The position numbers and the translations under genes are program-made. A stretch of DNA of 64,000 nt from a virus. Taxonomy: Duplodnaviria; Caudoviricetes. Of the stretch, positions 22,201 to 30,866 are shown piece after piece; the first letter of the stretch is position 1, and each line of letters opens with the position of its first letter. The stretch is taken from positions 32,001-96,000 of IMG/VR virus record IMGVR_UViG_3300033073_001153. One strand, 5' to 3'. The notes under the pieces were generated by a model, which saw only the letters and a program-made list of their open reading frames with translations, searched no databases and was not told the DNA's origin.

Positions 22201-22365
22201 AGTGGTGGTATGGGAGGAGGAATGGGAGGTGGAGGAGGAATGGGTGGAATGGGAGGAGCACCACCTACACCAGAAGGAGGAGAAGAAGGAGCACCCCCAC
22301 CAGAAGGTGGTACAGAATCTCCACCACCAGCAGAAGGAGCACCGAAAGCAGAACCAGCAGTATAA
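19243..22365 (+). CDS. Portal vertex protein (T4 gp20) with intein
   Basis: EDSIIIYRLARAPERLVFNVDVGNMP..KAE.YL, KLYQSLKVP..RL, REELKFARFI.RLQ; Gly/Pro-rich tail. Confidence 0.95.
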   Translation: MAEINGSTSFRQELMNYISSKLPYSGIDTTQMVQNLNPKYRYFEDTGMKRAEVLSRHSVSQNFDFNNETVGTVSSDKRYSEVMYANIQKDKLARVKDYRIMAAFSEVANALDEICDEVINTDSHTSSCLKLKYRNINLSDFQKETIEKEFYKYTNYFDFEHKGWSYFRQLLVEGEIYWEHIIHKDYVEEGVLGVVQVPTELIDPVFSNVQNVMVKGYLYRKPKFDPNNPLKQVGIDYIPMDKNQITYVHSDVWNESKTMRLPFLENARRAYRQLSMIEDSIIIYRLARAPERLVFNVDVGNMPAPKAEAYLRKLITNYWSSKTYDPDQAGIVQKFKPQSILDNFWFAKRAGSEGTSVTQLAGACLAMDTKVPLLDGRTLTISEIEQEIKENKKIWVYSTNPKTGHVAPGLVTWAGVTQEEAEVYKLTFDNGKELICTPDHKFPILGKGFVEAKDLEIGESMIPFYTKNEKISKKANEYEMVYQNDTKTWEYTHRMVANFFKNVNEHEEMTYSEKYENHKKTVIHHKDFNRFNNNPENLAYMNFKDHMAYHIGNGEHTKIVWAKRTEEERRIIGEKQSNGIKEYFSSLSDQEREHRANISRENGKLGPIALGEKLKDSEFRKEYGSKISKSNKKRFADMNQEEKNSYFYNSYVKNLQSEKYVNNLKKLTETQSLIFDDKILKFVIDQVSGKTTHEVTKEDLCDIINNNPEILGHFLKLNEGRHIRNWCGTKISVTHFSPMVKSFGYKTWKQFRKECELFNHRLVSVEKLPNKIQVGTLTIDNEEKYHDYHTFALDCGVFTKNSNLGELSDLMYFVKKLYQSLKVPTTRLDPQDAFRDGADMLREELKFARFIIRLQNIFASGLKNGFITHLQLKGMWKEYELKEETIHIEFNVPTNFYELRESQKLELKVQNFGSLASNESISPSFAQKRYLGWTDIDIKANREFLRKDKELRWELTQIENMGPNWKQAVAAQAEAGGAPGGGGAPPSGGMGGGMGGGGGMGGMGGAPPTPEGGEEGAPPPEGGTESPPPAEGAPKAEPAV
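20332..21645 (+). mobile_element. Intein (438 aa) with HNH homing endonuclease in the portal gene
   Basis: N-terminal CLAMDTKV, block B CTPDHKF, HNH THRMVA...IHHKDFNRFNNNPENL, C-terminal VFTKN|S. Confidence 0.92.
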
Positions 22366-22373
22366 ATAACTAA

Positions 22374-23156
22374 ATGAATGTATCATTTGGTGACTTTTAT
22401 AACAACCCATCATCTGTTGATGCTTTGTATTTTAAAGCATTAAAAGATGATAATATGGATATGGCTGATATGTTGGTAAAACAAGAAGCCAAGAAAAAGG
22501 GTTATTATATTGGTCCAGTATATCATGGAACACAGAAAGCGTTTCACGGACATAAGTTCGATTTAAATATAACTGCAATGGGTAGATATGACCCATCAGC
22601 AGCTAGAGGTGTGATTTCATTTGCATTTGATGAAGAACTTGCACAATCATATGCGGGTATGCTTAGAGAAAAGCCAAGCTTTGGTTTAATATATAAATGC
22701 TATTTAAAATCAGAAAAGATAGCAGATTTTACAGATCCAGCATTTGTAAATTATTATGTACAACAATCGGTCAAATGGCATTTAGAATGGTTGTTGACAA
22801 AAGCAAATAAAAAAGCTTGGAAACTATTAGATAGTGAAGGTAATTTAGATGAAAATGCAGTTAAAGAACGTCTAAGAAAACATGCAATTGAGAGAAGAGA
22901 GTATATAAGTCATGGAGATTGGGGCTTTATGGAAAGTCCCAGTTTGTTGAAAGAAAAGGGTTATGATGCGTCTTTCATGAGAGAAAGCAAAGGACATTCC
23001 CGTGCAGATACAACTAATATATGTGTGTTTAACCCTAATCAAGCAAAACTAGCAGATACCATAACTTACGACAGAAATCCTGAAAATTTAAGAGAAAAGG
23101 TTCCAATACCACTATCTAAACGATTTGATTCTTCTACAGATGATTTCAGATATTAA
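22374..23156 (+). CDS. ADP-ribosyltransferase-like protein (ART-PolyVal type)
   Basis: VYHGT...FD, A..YA, GYDA, VFNPNQ.K.AD, RFDS..DDFRY. Confidence 0.6.
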   Translation: MNVSFGDFYNNPSSVDALYFKALKDDNMDMADMLVKQEAKKKGYYIGPVYHGTQKAFHGHKFDLNITAMGRYDPSAARGVISFAFDEELAQSYAGMLREKPSFGLIYKCYLKSEKIADFTDPAFVNYYVQQSVKWHLEWLLTKANKKAWKLLDSEGNLDENAVKERLRKHAIERREYISHGDWGFMESPSLLKEKGYDASFMRESKGHSRADTTNICVFNPNQAKLADTITYDRNPENLREKVPIPLSKRFDSSTDDFRY

Positions 23157-23180
23157 AATGTAATTTGATTAAATAATTAT

Positions 23181-24356
23181 ATGTCTTGTGCTAATTTAAC
23201 TCCATTATCCGCATTTCAGAATACTAATCTGAATAATAAAATGGATTCTTTTGATAAGTTGGCGCAAAGAATCGTAAGGACTCTAGGAGCACCACTAGTT
23301 TCAGTAGAAATTAGTCAAGATCAGTTATTTGATAATATATCACAAGCTTGTGAATTCTTTACAAAGTATGCTGGATATACTAAAGAATATCTAGTTATTG
23401 ATTCTACTTTGTATGAAAAAGGAAGAGGACTACCCGTTGACAAGTTATATACACTTGCTAACAAAAATATTTCAGAACCAAATAAAGTAGCTCATCGTAC
23501 ACAATCTAGAGATACTGCTCCTTACATACATAGCGAAGACACTTTTTATATTTCTGCTTCTGCTCTTAATAAAGCTTTCTTTTCTATTAATTCTGAATTA
23601 TCTGGATTGTTTGTGGATGGATTAGAAAGAAATGTTATTTTAGATTATTCTACTTACAACAAATTAGTCACTGCATTTGCTGCTGATCCTACATTAAATG
23701 TAATACCAATTTCAACTTATTTTATACCATCTTATAGTCAAAACATTAGTATGCAAGGAGTGGTAGATCAAAACCAACCTACTGTAATCTATAATAATAT
23801 GTTTGATTATGATGCTATGGATTACAGAAAAGTAATAGCAGTCACAGATTTTCAAGAAGGCGCATCTACCGGCATTAACACTTTGTTTACAATTGAACAA
23901 ACTCTTGCACAACAAACTTACTTTAGTTATGCAATGGGCAACTACGGATTTGATTTGATTAGTTGGTACACTGTAAAACAGTGGTTAGATACTCGTGAAA
24001 AGGTATTAGCTACTAAGAGATCATTTGAATTTGATGATAGAACTCAAATTCTAAGAATATATCCAGAACCCACAGATTCAGTAAGATTTTATGGAGTTAT
24101 TTATTGTTACGTAGAACGTCCAATACGTGACATTATTAAAGAAATGTGGGTATATCAGTATGCACTAGCTTTAACAAAAATAACAGTAGGAATGGTGAGA
24201 GGCAAATTTAGTGGTGTGAATTTATTTGGTGGTCAAGTATTCAACAGTGATTTAATGCAACAAGGATTAACTGAAAAAGAAAAATTAGAAACACAATTAT
24301 TTACTACTGCGGCAGCTCTAGGCGATTCCGACCCCTGTATTTTTATGGTTTCGTAG
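23181..24356 (+). CDS. Neck protein (T4 gp13-like)
   Basis: RTLGAPLVSVEI..DQ, WVYQYALAL.K...G..RGKF.GV.L.GG. Confidence 0.85.
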   Translation: MSCANLTPLSAFQNTNLNNKMDSFDKLAQRIVRTLGAPLVSVEISQDQLFDNISQACEFFTKYAGYTKEYLVIDSTLYEKGRGLPVDKLYTLANKNISEPNKVAHRTQSRDTAPYIHSEDTFYISASALNKAFFSINSELSGLFVDGLERNVILDYSTYNKLVTAFAADPTLNVIPISTYFIPSYSQNISMQGVVDQNQPTVIYNNMFDYDAMDYRKVIAVTDFQEGASTGINTLFTIEQTLAQQTYFSYAMGNYGFDLISWYTVKQWLDTREKVLATKRSFEFDDRTQILRIYPEPTDSVRFYGVIYCYVERPIRDIIKEMWVYQYALALTKITVGMVRGKFSGVNLFGGQVFNSDLMQQGLTEKEKLETQLFTTAAALGDSDPCIFMVS

Positions 24357-24383
24357 ACGTAATATATTTATTTTCAAATACTT

Positions 24384-24950
24384 ATGAAAACATTATACAA
24401 ATTATTTTTAATACTTTGCTTAATGATTTCTGGTTGTGCATCACCTACGGCAAATTATACGAAATATCAAAAACAAATTGATATGAAACAACAAAAGCTT
24501 CAAGAAGATGCCAAAGATTTCATAGCAACTGCTAAAAGTATTTTAAATAAAACAGATTTAAAAAGATCCGAAATAAAAAGAGCTATATCTATAATTGAAA
24601 AAAGCCAAACACTACTAGGTGCAAAAGTAGACGACGGATCAGAATTCAAAGATTTAACAATAGAAGCACAAGACAAAGCAATAGAAGAAAAATTCGAGGA
24701 AAGTAAAAAAGACTTAGAAAAAATAGAAACACTAGAAGAAAAAGAAGAAGAACTAGTATCTGAAATAGTAAATGATAATGTCAAAAACGAAATTATAAAG
24801 AATTACGAAAGAAAAAAATCATTTAAGTTTTATACAATCCTTTTAACTATTTTAGGAGGAATTGGAACATTAGCTTATTTCTTTCCTACACAAACTATTA
24901 GTATAGGATTAAGAATATTCGGTTTTGTTAAAAACTTAATATTTAAATAA
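24384..24950 (+). CDS. Lipoprotein with C-terminal transmembrane helix (candidate u-spanin)
   Basis: Signal peptide and lipobox ISG-C, coiled-coil middle, hydrophobic FYTILLTILGGIGTLAYFF. Confidence 0.6.
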   Translation: MKTLYKLFLILCLMISGCASPTANYTKYQKQIDMKQQKLQEDAKDFIATAKSILNKTDLKRSEIKRAISIIEKSQTLLGAKVDDGSEFKDLTIEAQDKAIEEKFEESKKDLEKIETLEEKEEELVSEIVNDNVKNEIIKNYERKKSFKFYTILLTILGGIGTLAYFFPTQTISIGLRIFGFVKNLIFK

Positions 24951-26465
24951 TTATTTTATGTAAAAGAAATTTTTAAAGGATTCTAATTTAGTTTCATTTC
25001 TTTTTCTGGAGTTTTCCATAGCTTCTTCTTTATCTTGTTTAGTAAATTTTACTGGATTTTCGTAAGTAAGAAAATTGGCAACAATTCTATATGGTGCTCC
25101 TTCTAATGTAGTTAATTGATTATATGAACAATTAAATTCATATGCAGATTTAGGAGATCCTTCTAGTGTAGTTAATTTATTATAACTACAATCAAAATAG
25201 AATGTTTGCTCCGGCGATCCTTTCAAATTAGTTAAATTATTATAAGAACAAATAAAATTTTCAACCTTTTGTGGTGCTCCTTCTAAAGAAATTAATTGAT
25301 TGCCTCCACAATAAAACCCTCCATCAACTTCTTTTGGGGCTCCTTCTAATGAAGTTAAATTATTATTACTGCAAGTAAAATCTCCTATAATTTTAACATT
25401 TGATAAATTGGGTAATTTATTTAAAAATATATCGTTTAAATATACATCTCCTTTTATAGTGTTGTTTTCTATTCTTTTGATAGTTTCTTCTATATATTTT
25501 TTTTGTTTTGGTAATATTTGCGTATAATATATATTTTTGAATTCTTCGCTATCTTCAAAATAATACTTATCTATTGGATACAAAGAATTCATATTTTTCC
25601 ATTTTACCATTCCTATATTTTCACCGTCATGCTTAACAATATAATCTTTATCTTCTATAAATTCTCTACACGCTTTACGATATCTTTCGCTGACTACTCT
25701 GTTAGCTGGACCTTTTATTTGAACTATTACAAATTCTCCATCTTCAGGATCTTCTTGTAATTCAAATGTTGCTACCGGATGATTGTATTCTTTTGGATCT
25801 CTTAAAGAATATATTTCAAGTTTATGTTTTTTATATTCTTTGAAGTACCTACTTTCCCCTCCTTCTACACTAGTTACTTGGCTTTCTCCTTCTGCTTGTC
25901 CCACACAGTGTCCCATATACATACTCTCCTCACGAAATGACTTATTAGATGTCAATTCCCAAACTGGATATCCATCATAAATTCCAACTACTTTGTAATC
26001 TATTCCTTCTACACTTTGTAGTTTGGCTTTCTTAGCCTTCTCTGCTGATCTAGCCATTTCTTCATCCCATTTTTGAACTTCTTCAAACATTTGTGGAACG
26101 GTAACTTTATACAAAGATTTTAAATAATTATCATCTTTGGTATTCAAAAAATCTATTAAATGACTTAGACGATCTTTATATTCAGAAGTAAAATTATTAA
26201 ATTGAAATATACCTTCTTTCTTAGACCATTCAGGATCAGTTTCTTTTGCTGTATACTTTGAAATAAATGGTGTTTTTATATTATCATCAGCCGGTGACTG
26301 AAACCATTTAATATAAGTTTTCAAAAACCAATTAACTATTTCGGGCTTCTGTACGTTCTTTTCTTTTAATAGTTTTTCTAATTCTAAATGTAAGGGATCT
26401 TTGGAAATCAAATTAGCTTCGTGTAAGCTAGAGTACTTTTCCCAAATTAATACAGAATCATTCAT
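24951..26465 (-). CDS. PcfJ-like domain plus leucine-rich repeat protein
   Basis: ES..MGHCVG, IYSLRD, QIKGPAN; C-terminal CSxNxLTxLEGxP repeats. Confidence 0.7.
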   Translation of the reverse strand: MNDSVLIWEKYSSLHEANLISKDPLHLELEKLLKEKNVQKPEIVNWFLKTYIKWFQSPADDNIKTPFISKYTAKETDPEWSKKEGIFQFNNFTSEYKDRLSHLIDFLNTKDDNYLKSLYKVTVPQMFEEVQKWDEEMARSAEKAKKAKLQSVEGIDYKVVGIYDGYPVWELTSNKSFREESMYMGHCVGQAEGESQVTSVEGGESRYFKEYKKHKLEIYSLRDPKEYNHPVATFELQEDPEDGEFVIVQIKGPANRVVSERYRKACREFIEDKDYIVKHDGENIGMVKWKNMNSLYPIDKYYFEDSEEFKNIYYTQILPKQKKYIEETIKRIENNTIKGDVYLNDIFLNKLPNLSNVKIIGDFTCSNNNLTSLEGAPKEVDGGFYCGGNQLISLEGAPQKVENFICSYNNLTNLKGSPEQTFYFDCSYNKLTTLEGSPKSAYEFNCSYNQLTTLEGAPYRIVANFLTYENPVKFTKQDKEEAMENSRKRNETKLESFKNFFYIK

Positions 26466-26471
26466 ACAGAT

Positions 26472-26483
26472 TATTTATAAATA
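26472..26483. promoter_or_regulatory. Bidirectional late promoter palindrome TATTTATAAATA
   Basis: TAAATA on both strands, 5-6 nt from two divergent start codons. Confidence 0.65.
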
Positions 26484-26488
26484 TCTAT

Positions 26489-26944
26489 GTGCTTTCTTTA
26501 AAAAAAGACGAAAGATTTAAACAGGGATATTTCAAACCTAAAAATCCCGAAAAGTTCATGGGAAAAATTGCCGTGTTTCGTTCGTCTTATGAACGTAAAT
26601 TTCTTCTATGGGCTGATAACAACCCAAACGTAATCGAGTGGGGGTCGGAAAATATCCAAATTCCCTACAAAAGTCCTGTGGATAATAGAATACACAGATA
26701 TTTTGTAGACAATTACATAGTCTTGAAAGAAGGAGATAAAATTAAAAAATATCTCATAGAGATAAAACCGTATAAACAAACCATAGCTCCTGTCTCTTCT
26801 AAAAAGAAAAAGAAAACTACAGTATTATACGAAAATGTTCAATGGGCTGTTAATCAAGCCAAATGGGAAGCTGCTAAAAAATATGCAAACGACAGAGGAG
26901 CCGAATTTATCATATTAACAGAAAAAGAACTGTTTCCAAGTTAA
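26489..26944 (+). CDS. Head completion nuclease (T4 gp4-like)
   Basis: FKPKNPEK, RSSYE, WGSE..IPY, HRYFVD, EIKP..QT, NQAKWEAA. Confidence 0.92.
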   Translation: MLSLKKDERFKQGYFKPKNPEKFMGKIAVFRSSYERKFLLWADNNPNVIEWGSENIQIPYKSPVDNRIHRYFVDNYIVLKEGDKIKKYLIEIKPYKQTIAPVSSKKKKKTTVLYENVQWAVNQAKWEAAKKYANDRGAEFIILTEKELFPS

Positions 26945-26952
26945 ATAAATAT

Positions 26953-27423
26953 GTGAGTTTAATCGATGAATTGTACGATGAAAAATCGGCAAAATTAATC
27001 AAAGTACTTTATTCCGAAGATCCAGAACAATTGTATGTTACCTTTGGTACTAAGATTTTAGAAAAAAGTGATGTTTTTCTAGCTTCTAAACCACTAGATA
27101 TTATTACACTTCTCTGTATGACTGCTAGTTTTGCAGAAAACAAAGAAGAATGTCATGATGTAGCAATTATTGTGTTTAATGGATTAAAACGTAAAGATCC
27201 ACTTCCGTATGTATTAGATGATCGTGGATTTCTTCTAGCAGAAAAAACTCTGGTAGCACTATCATTCTTTAAATCCGCAATGGATAAAAGAGCTAAAAAA
27301 GGGGCACCTCCTTCTGAGTTTTATAGACAGCTATCTAAGCAATTATTTATAAAAAATAATCAAGAAAACATCGCAGAACATCACGAAATGTGGGAAAGCT
27401 TTCTTTCTGAAATTTTTATTTAA
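26953..27423 (+). CDS. Hypothetical protein
   Basis: GTG start 5 nt after TAAATA. Confidence 0.6.
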   Translation: MSLIDELYDEKSAKLIKVLYSEDPEQLYVTFGTKILEKSDVFLASKPLDIITLLCMTASFAENKEECHDVAIIVFNGLKRKDPLPYVLDDRGFLLAEKTLVALSFFKSAMDKRAKKGAPPSEFYRQLSKQLFIKNNQENIAEHHEMWESFLSEIFI

Positions 27424-28448
27424 AAAGGAATATCTCTAATAAAGACTGATTCACGAATTGGCTTCTTTCTTATTTTTTTGGCTTTTGGTGCTCCTAATGA
27501 TCTTGCAGGAGATGGAGTAGACATTTCTTGTTCTTTATCCTTAATATGAATTTTTCTTAATTCTGGTTCTGTTATATTTTCGGAACTACTGACTCCATAA
27601 GTTGGATCTGTTCCTTCATAATCATGTCTAGGTTCCAGATCAGTTTTTCCAAAAATAGTATGTTCTCCCTCACCGGGAGCATGAAGAAACACAGCATCTT
27701 CGTAAACATCAGATCCGAATTTTACTTGTTGTCTTGGTTTAGTATGATTATGAAAAAGAAATGGTTTTAATACTAATGCCATTGCTGGATTTGATTTTAA
27801 TGTTTTAATTCTTCCATTTATTTTATCAGAAAATTCTTCATAAGTATCTCTCAATTCTTCTACTTCTCTTTTTCCACCTTCGCTTTTTATTCTTAATACA
27901 GGTTTGGAATTTCTATATACTTGTTGGTATGTATTTTTATCGCTCATAGCTTCATACATAACTATGAGTGCATCTATATATGCTTGTCGAACATTTGAAA
28001 TTTTTTCTGACTTTGCATTCATAGTAAAATATTGAATACAATCTGGAAGTATCCAATAAGGAATTACCAAATCTCCATCTACTTCATTTTGAAAATATTT
28101 GTTATTCGAATATTCTCTCATTAAATTCATTAAATTTTTTTGAGAATTTCTAGGAACTTTAGATCCTTCTCCAGTTAATTGAAGATAATATCCTTCTTCC
28201 ATATCTTCTTGTTTGTATGATTCAAAATTTCTATCTCTAATTTTATCAGATTGTGATGGAGTTAATGCAGTGTTTCTTCCAATAGTTGCTCCATGTGCTT
28301 CTTGAGCATCTGGATTATCTGCTATTGTAGTTTTTTGTCTATAACTTTTACTTCCAATAACATCAGGACGTGGAGTTCCTTTAGGCATCTTTGCTTCATT
28401 TAATGAACGTATGTAGCTTTCAAAAATTTCTACGGAATCTGTAGTCAT
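27420..28448 (-). CDS. Hypothetical protein (candidate internal head protein)
   Basis: Long ORF with D..I(F/W)E.Y...LNE leader. Confidence 0.6.
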   Translation of the reverse strand: MTTDSVEIFESYIRSLNEAKMPKGTPRPDVIGSKSYRQKTTIADNPDAQEAHGATIGRNTALTPSQSDKIRDRNFESYKQEDMEEGYYLQLTGEGSKVPRNSQKNLMNLMREYSNNKYFQNEVDGDLVIPYWILPDCIQYFTMNAKSEKISNVRQAYIDALIVMYEAMSDKNTYQQVYRNSKPVLRIKSEGGKREVEELRDTYEEFSDKINGRIKTLKSNPAMALVLKPFLFHNHTKPRQQVKFGSDVYEDAVFLHAPGEGEHTIFGKTDLEPRHDYEGTDPTYGVSSSENITEPELRKIHIKDKEQEMSTPSPARSLGAPKAKKIRKKPIRESVFIRDIPF

Positions 28449-28511
28449 GATATTATTTACATTTTCGAATAAAATATCTGAAAAAATAGAGTAAATAATC
28501 TAAATAGTTTT

Positions 28512-29183
28512 ATGTCACTACGATTAATTGTAGAAAAACCAGCACCAGACGAACAGTTTGAATATATCTTTGAAGAAAAAGATAGAAAAAGTCCTTCAAC
28601 TTTATTCATCAAAGGACCATACATGATGGCGGAAAATTACAATCGTAATAACAGATTGTACAAACTAGAAGAAATGGTTAAAGAAGTTAATCGTTATAAA
28701 GAAGAAATGATTAAAACTAACCGTTCAATGGGTACGCTAAATCATGAAAGCAGTGCAGAAGTTAGTTTAGATAAAGCTTGTCATATCGTAACTGAACTTT
28801 ATCAAGACGGAAATATTTTCCACGGTAAAAGTAAAGTATTAACCACTCCATGTGGACACATCGTTCGTGCTCTAGTAAATGATGGTGTTCGTGTAGGGAT
28901 GAGTTCCAGAGCACTCGGACAATTAGAAGAAGCCGCTGGTGGTAAAAATATCGTAAAAGATTTACGTCTTATTTCTATTGATTGTGTAGCCGATCCTTCT
29001 TTTCCTAAAGCATTCGTAAACGGAATTCTAGAATCTAAAGCATGGGTTTTAGGAGAATCAGGTACATTCGAAGAAATATATGACGATTTCGAAAGGTCTA
29101 TTTCTAATCTACCTAAAAAGAAAGTAGAAGAATATTTGAAAGAATCTATTATTAATTTTTTAAATAAAATTAAATTAAGCTAA
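28512..29183 (+). CDS. Prohead protease (T4 gp21)
   Basis: NRNNRLY, G.LNH, TPCG.IV, VGMSSRALG, D.VADPS.P.AFVNGILE. Confidence 0.93.
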   Translation: MSLRLIVEKPAPDEQFEYIFEEKDRKSPSTLFIKGPYMMAENYNRNNRLYKLEEMVKEVNRYKEEMIKTNRSMGTLNHESSAEVSLDKACHIVTELYQDGNIFHGKSKVLTTPCGHIVRALVNDGVRVGMSSRALGQLEEAAGGKNIVKDLRLISIDCVADPSFPKAFVNGILESKAWVLGESGTFEEIYDDFERSISNLPKKKVEEYLKESIINFLNKIKLS

Positions 29184-29191
29184 ATAAAAAT

Positions 29192-29833
29192 ATGAATATC
29201 GTAGAACAGAATATCACGAAATTTGTCGATTCATTGATTGTTGATGATTTTAGTACCGCACATACATTTCTCGAAAATGTAATTAATGAAAAAATTAAAA
29301 TTACAATAGCAGAAGAAGCAAAAAAGAATCCCTTCAAAAAGGATAAGAAAGACAAAACTTCTAATCTAAAACCTTTCAAAAAGAAAAAACGCAACGAGAA
29401 CGCTGAAAAAGCTGCGGCAAAAAATAGTGCGTTTGGTGGTGGTAAATTTCCACAAGCAAAATCTAAAAAGAAAAAATTAGTTGAAGAAGGATTAACTGAA
29501 TCTTCTTTAATTAATCTTCATGATTATATTGCAGATGGATCTGATGCCGCATCAGCTCTATTTGATTTAGAACATTATCACGGTGGACAAACTTCCCATA
29601 TGTATGGAGTAAGATCAAGCGGAAAAATCAGAATCGAAGATATCGGTGGTCTAAAATCCGAAATCGGAAAAGCAATTAAAATTGCAAACCAACAAGGAGA
29701 AATAGAACACGCTGAAAATTTTAAAGCTTTATATAGAGAATTAGGAAAACTTGAACAACGTTTTGAAGATCAAATTCAACACGATACAATGGAACATTTA
29801 GACGTACCTTCAAATATTCCTGAAGATTTTTAA
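29192..29833 (+). CDS. Prohead core/internal protein (gp67/gp68-like position)
   Basis: Between gp21 and gp22; charged, with I/L-x-E motifs. Confidence 0.45.
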   Translation: MNIVEQNITKFVDSLIVDDFSTAHTFLENVINEKIKITIAEEAKKNPFKKDKKDKTSNLKPFKKKKRNENAEKAAAKNSAFGGGKFPQAKSKKKKLVEEGLTESSLINLHDYIADGSDAASALFDLEHYHGGQTSHMYGVRSSGKIRIEDIGGLKSEIGKAIKIANQQGEIEHAENFKALYRELGKLEQRFEDQIQHDTMEHLDVPSNIPEDF

Positions 29834-29874
29834 TTTTTCTCAATAAAAAAATATAAAAAAGACTAACTAATATT

Positions 29875-30762
29875 ATGGCAACTGAAATTACAAAACTTTT
29901 AAAAGAAGCTACCCAAGGAATTTTAACTGATGAAACTCTTGGACAAATTCAAGAAGCATTCGATAGTGCAGTTAATGAAAGAGTTAAGATTCATGTGGAA
30001 AAAGCTCTAACTGAACAAGATGCTGAATATACTGAAAAAGCACAACAACTACTCGAAGCTATCGATACTGATCATAGTAAAAAATTACAAAAAGTTGTCG
30101 AAGCACTAGATGCTAATAATTATCAAAAGCTTCAAGCAGTTGTTAATAAGTATCAAACTATTATCAGTGAACAAGCAACTCAATTTAAATCACAATTAAT
30201 TGGAAAAATTTCTGATTACATCGACGTATTCATCGAAAGCAAAATTCCAAAGAAAGCAATTGCAGAAGCTGTTCAAAATAAGAAAGCTCGTATCATTCTA
30301 AACAATCTTCGTGAAAATCTCGCAATTGATTCAGCTCTAATGAACGAATCTCTAAAAGAAGCTCTTCTAGACGGAAAAACACAAATCACCGAAACTCGTA
30401 AAGCCGTAGAAGCCGCTAAACTAGAAGCTTCTAACCTCCGCGAAACTCTAGATAAAGCAAAAGCTGCTCTCATTCTCGAACAAAAAACTTCAAAGCTAAG
30501 TCAGAAAAAGAAAGAATACGCACAACGTGTTTTCGAAGGTAAATCTCCAAAGTTTATCATGGAAAATATCGACTATACTCTTTCTCTTTTCGATAAGAAA
30601 GAAGAAGAACGTCTTCAAACTCTAAAAGAAGAAGCCTTCACACATCGTCAAATTAAGCAAGATCGCGTTGTCGTTGAAGAAGATACAAACGAAGAAGTTC
30701 AAACAATCGAAGAAAATTTTTCAACCGTTTCAAATTATTTGAACGAATTGAGTAAATATTAA
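29875..30762 (+). CDS. Prohead scaffolding protein (T4 gp22-like)
   Basis: Acidic coiled coil directly upstream of the capsid gene; C-terminal VSNYL..L. Confidence 0.8.
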   Translation: MATEITKLLKEATQGILTDETLGQIQEAFDSAVNERVKIHVEKALTEQDAEYTEKAQQLLEAIDTDHSKKLQKVVEALDANNYQKLQAVVNKYQTIISEQATQFKSQLIGKISDYIDVFIESKIPKKAIAEAVQNKKARIILNNLRENLAIDSALMNESLKEALLDGKTQITETRKAVEAAKLEASNLRETLDKAKAALILEQKTSKLSQKKKEYAQRVFEGKSPKFIMENIDYTLSLFDKKEEERLQTLKEEAFTHRQIKQDRVVVEEDTNEEVQTIEENFSTVSNYLNELSKY

Positions 30763-30866
30763 TATATTTGCTCTTATAAAAATTTGGTAGAAGTAAATAT
30801 TACTTGAGATCCTGATATTAATATATCTTGAGGTCGAAAATCAAAAAAGAAAGAAAACAAACACAT

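Noticed and set aside
22140-22413. Overlapping ORFs and repeats at the portal 3' end
   Set aside because: Explained by the Gly/Pro/Glu low-complexity tail of gp20
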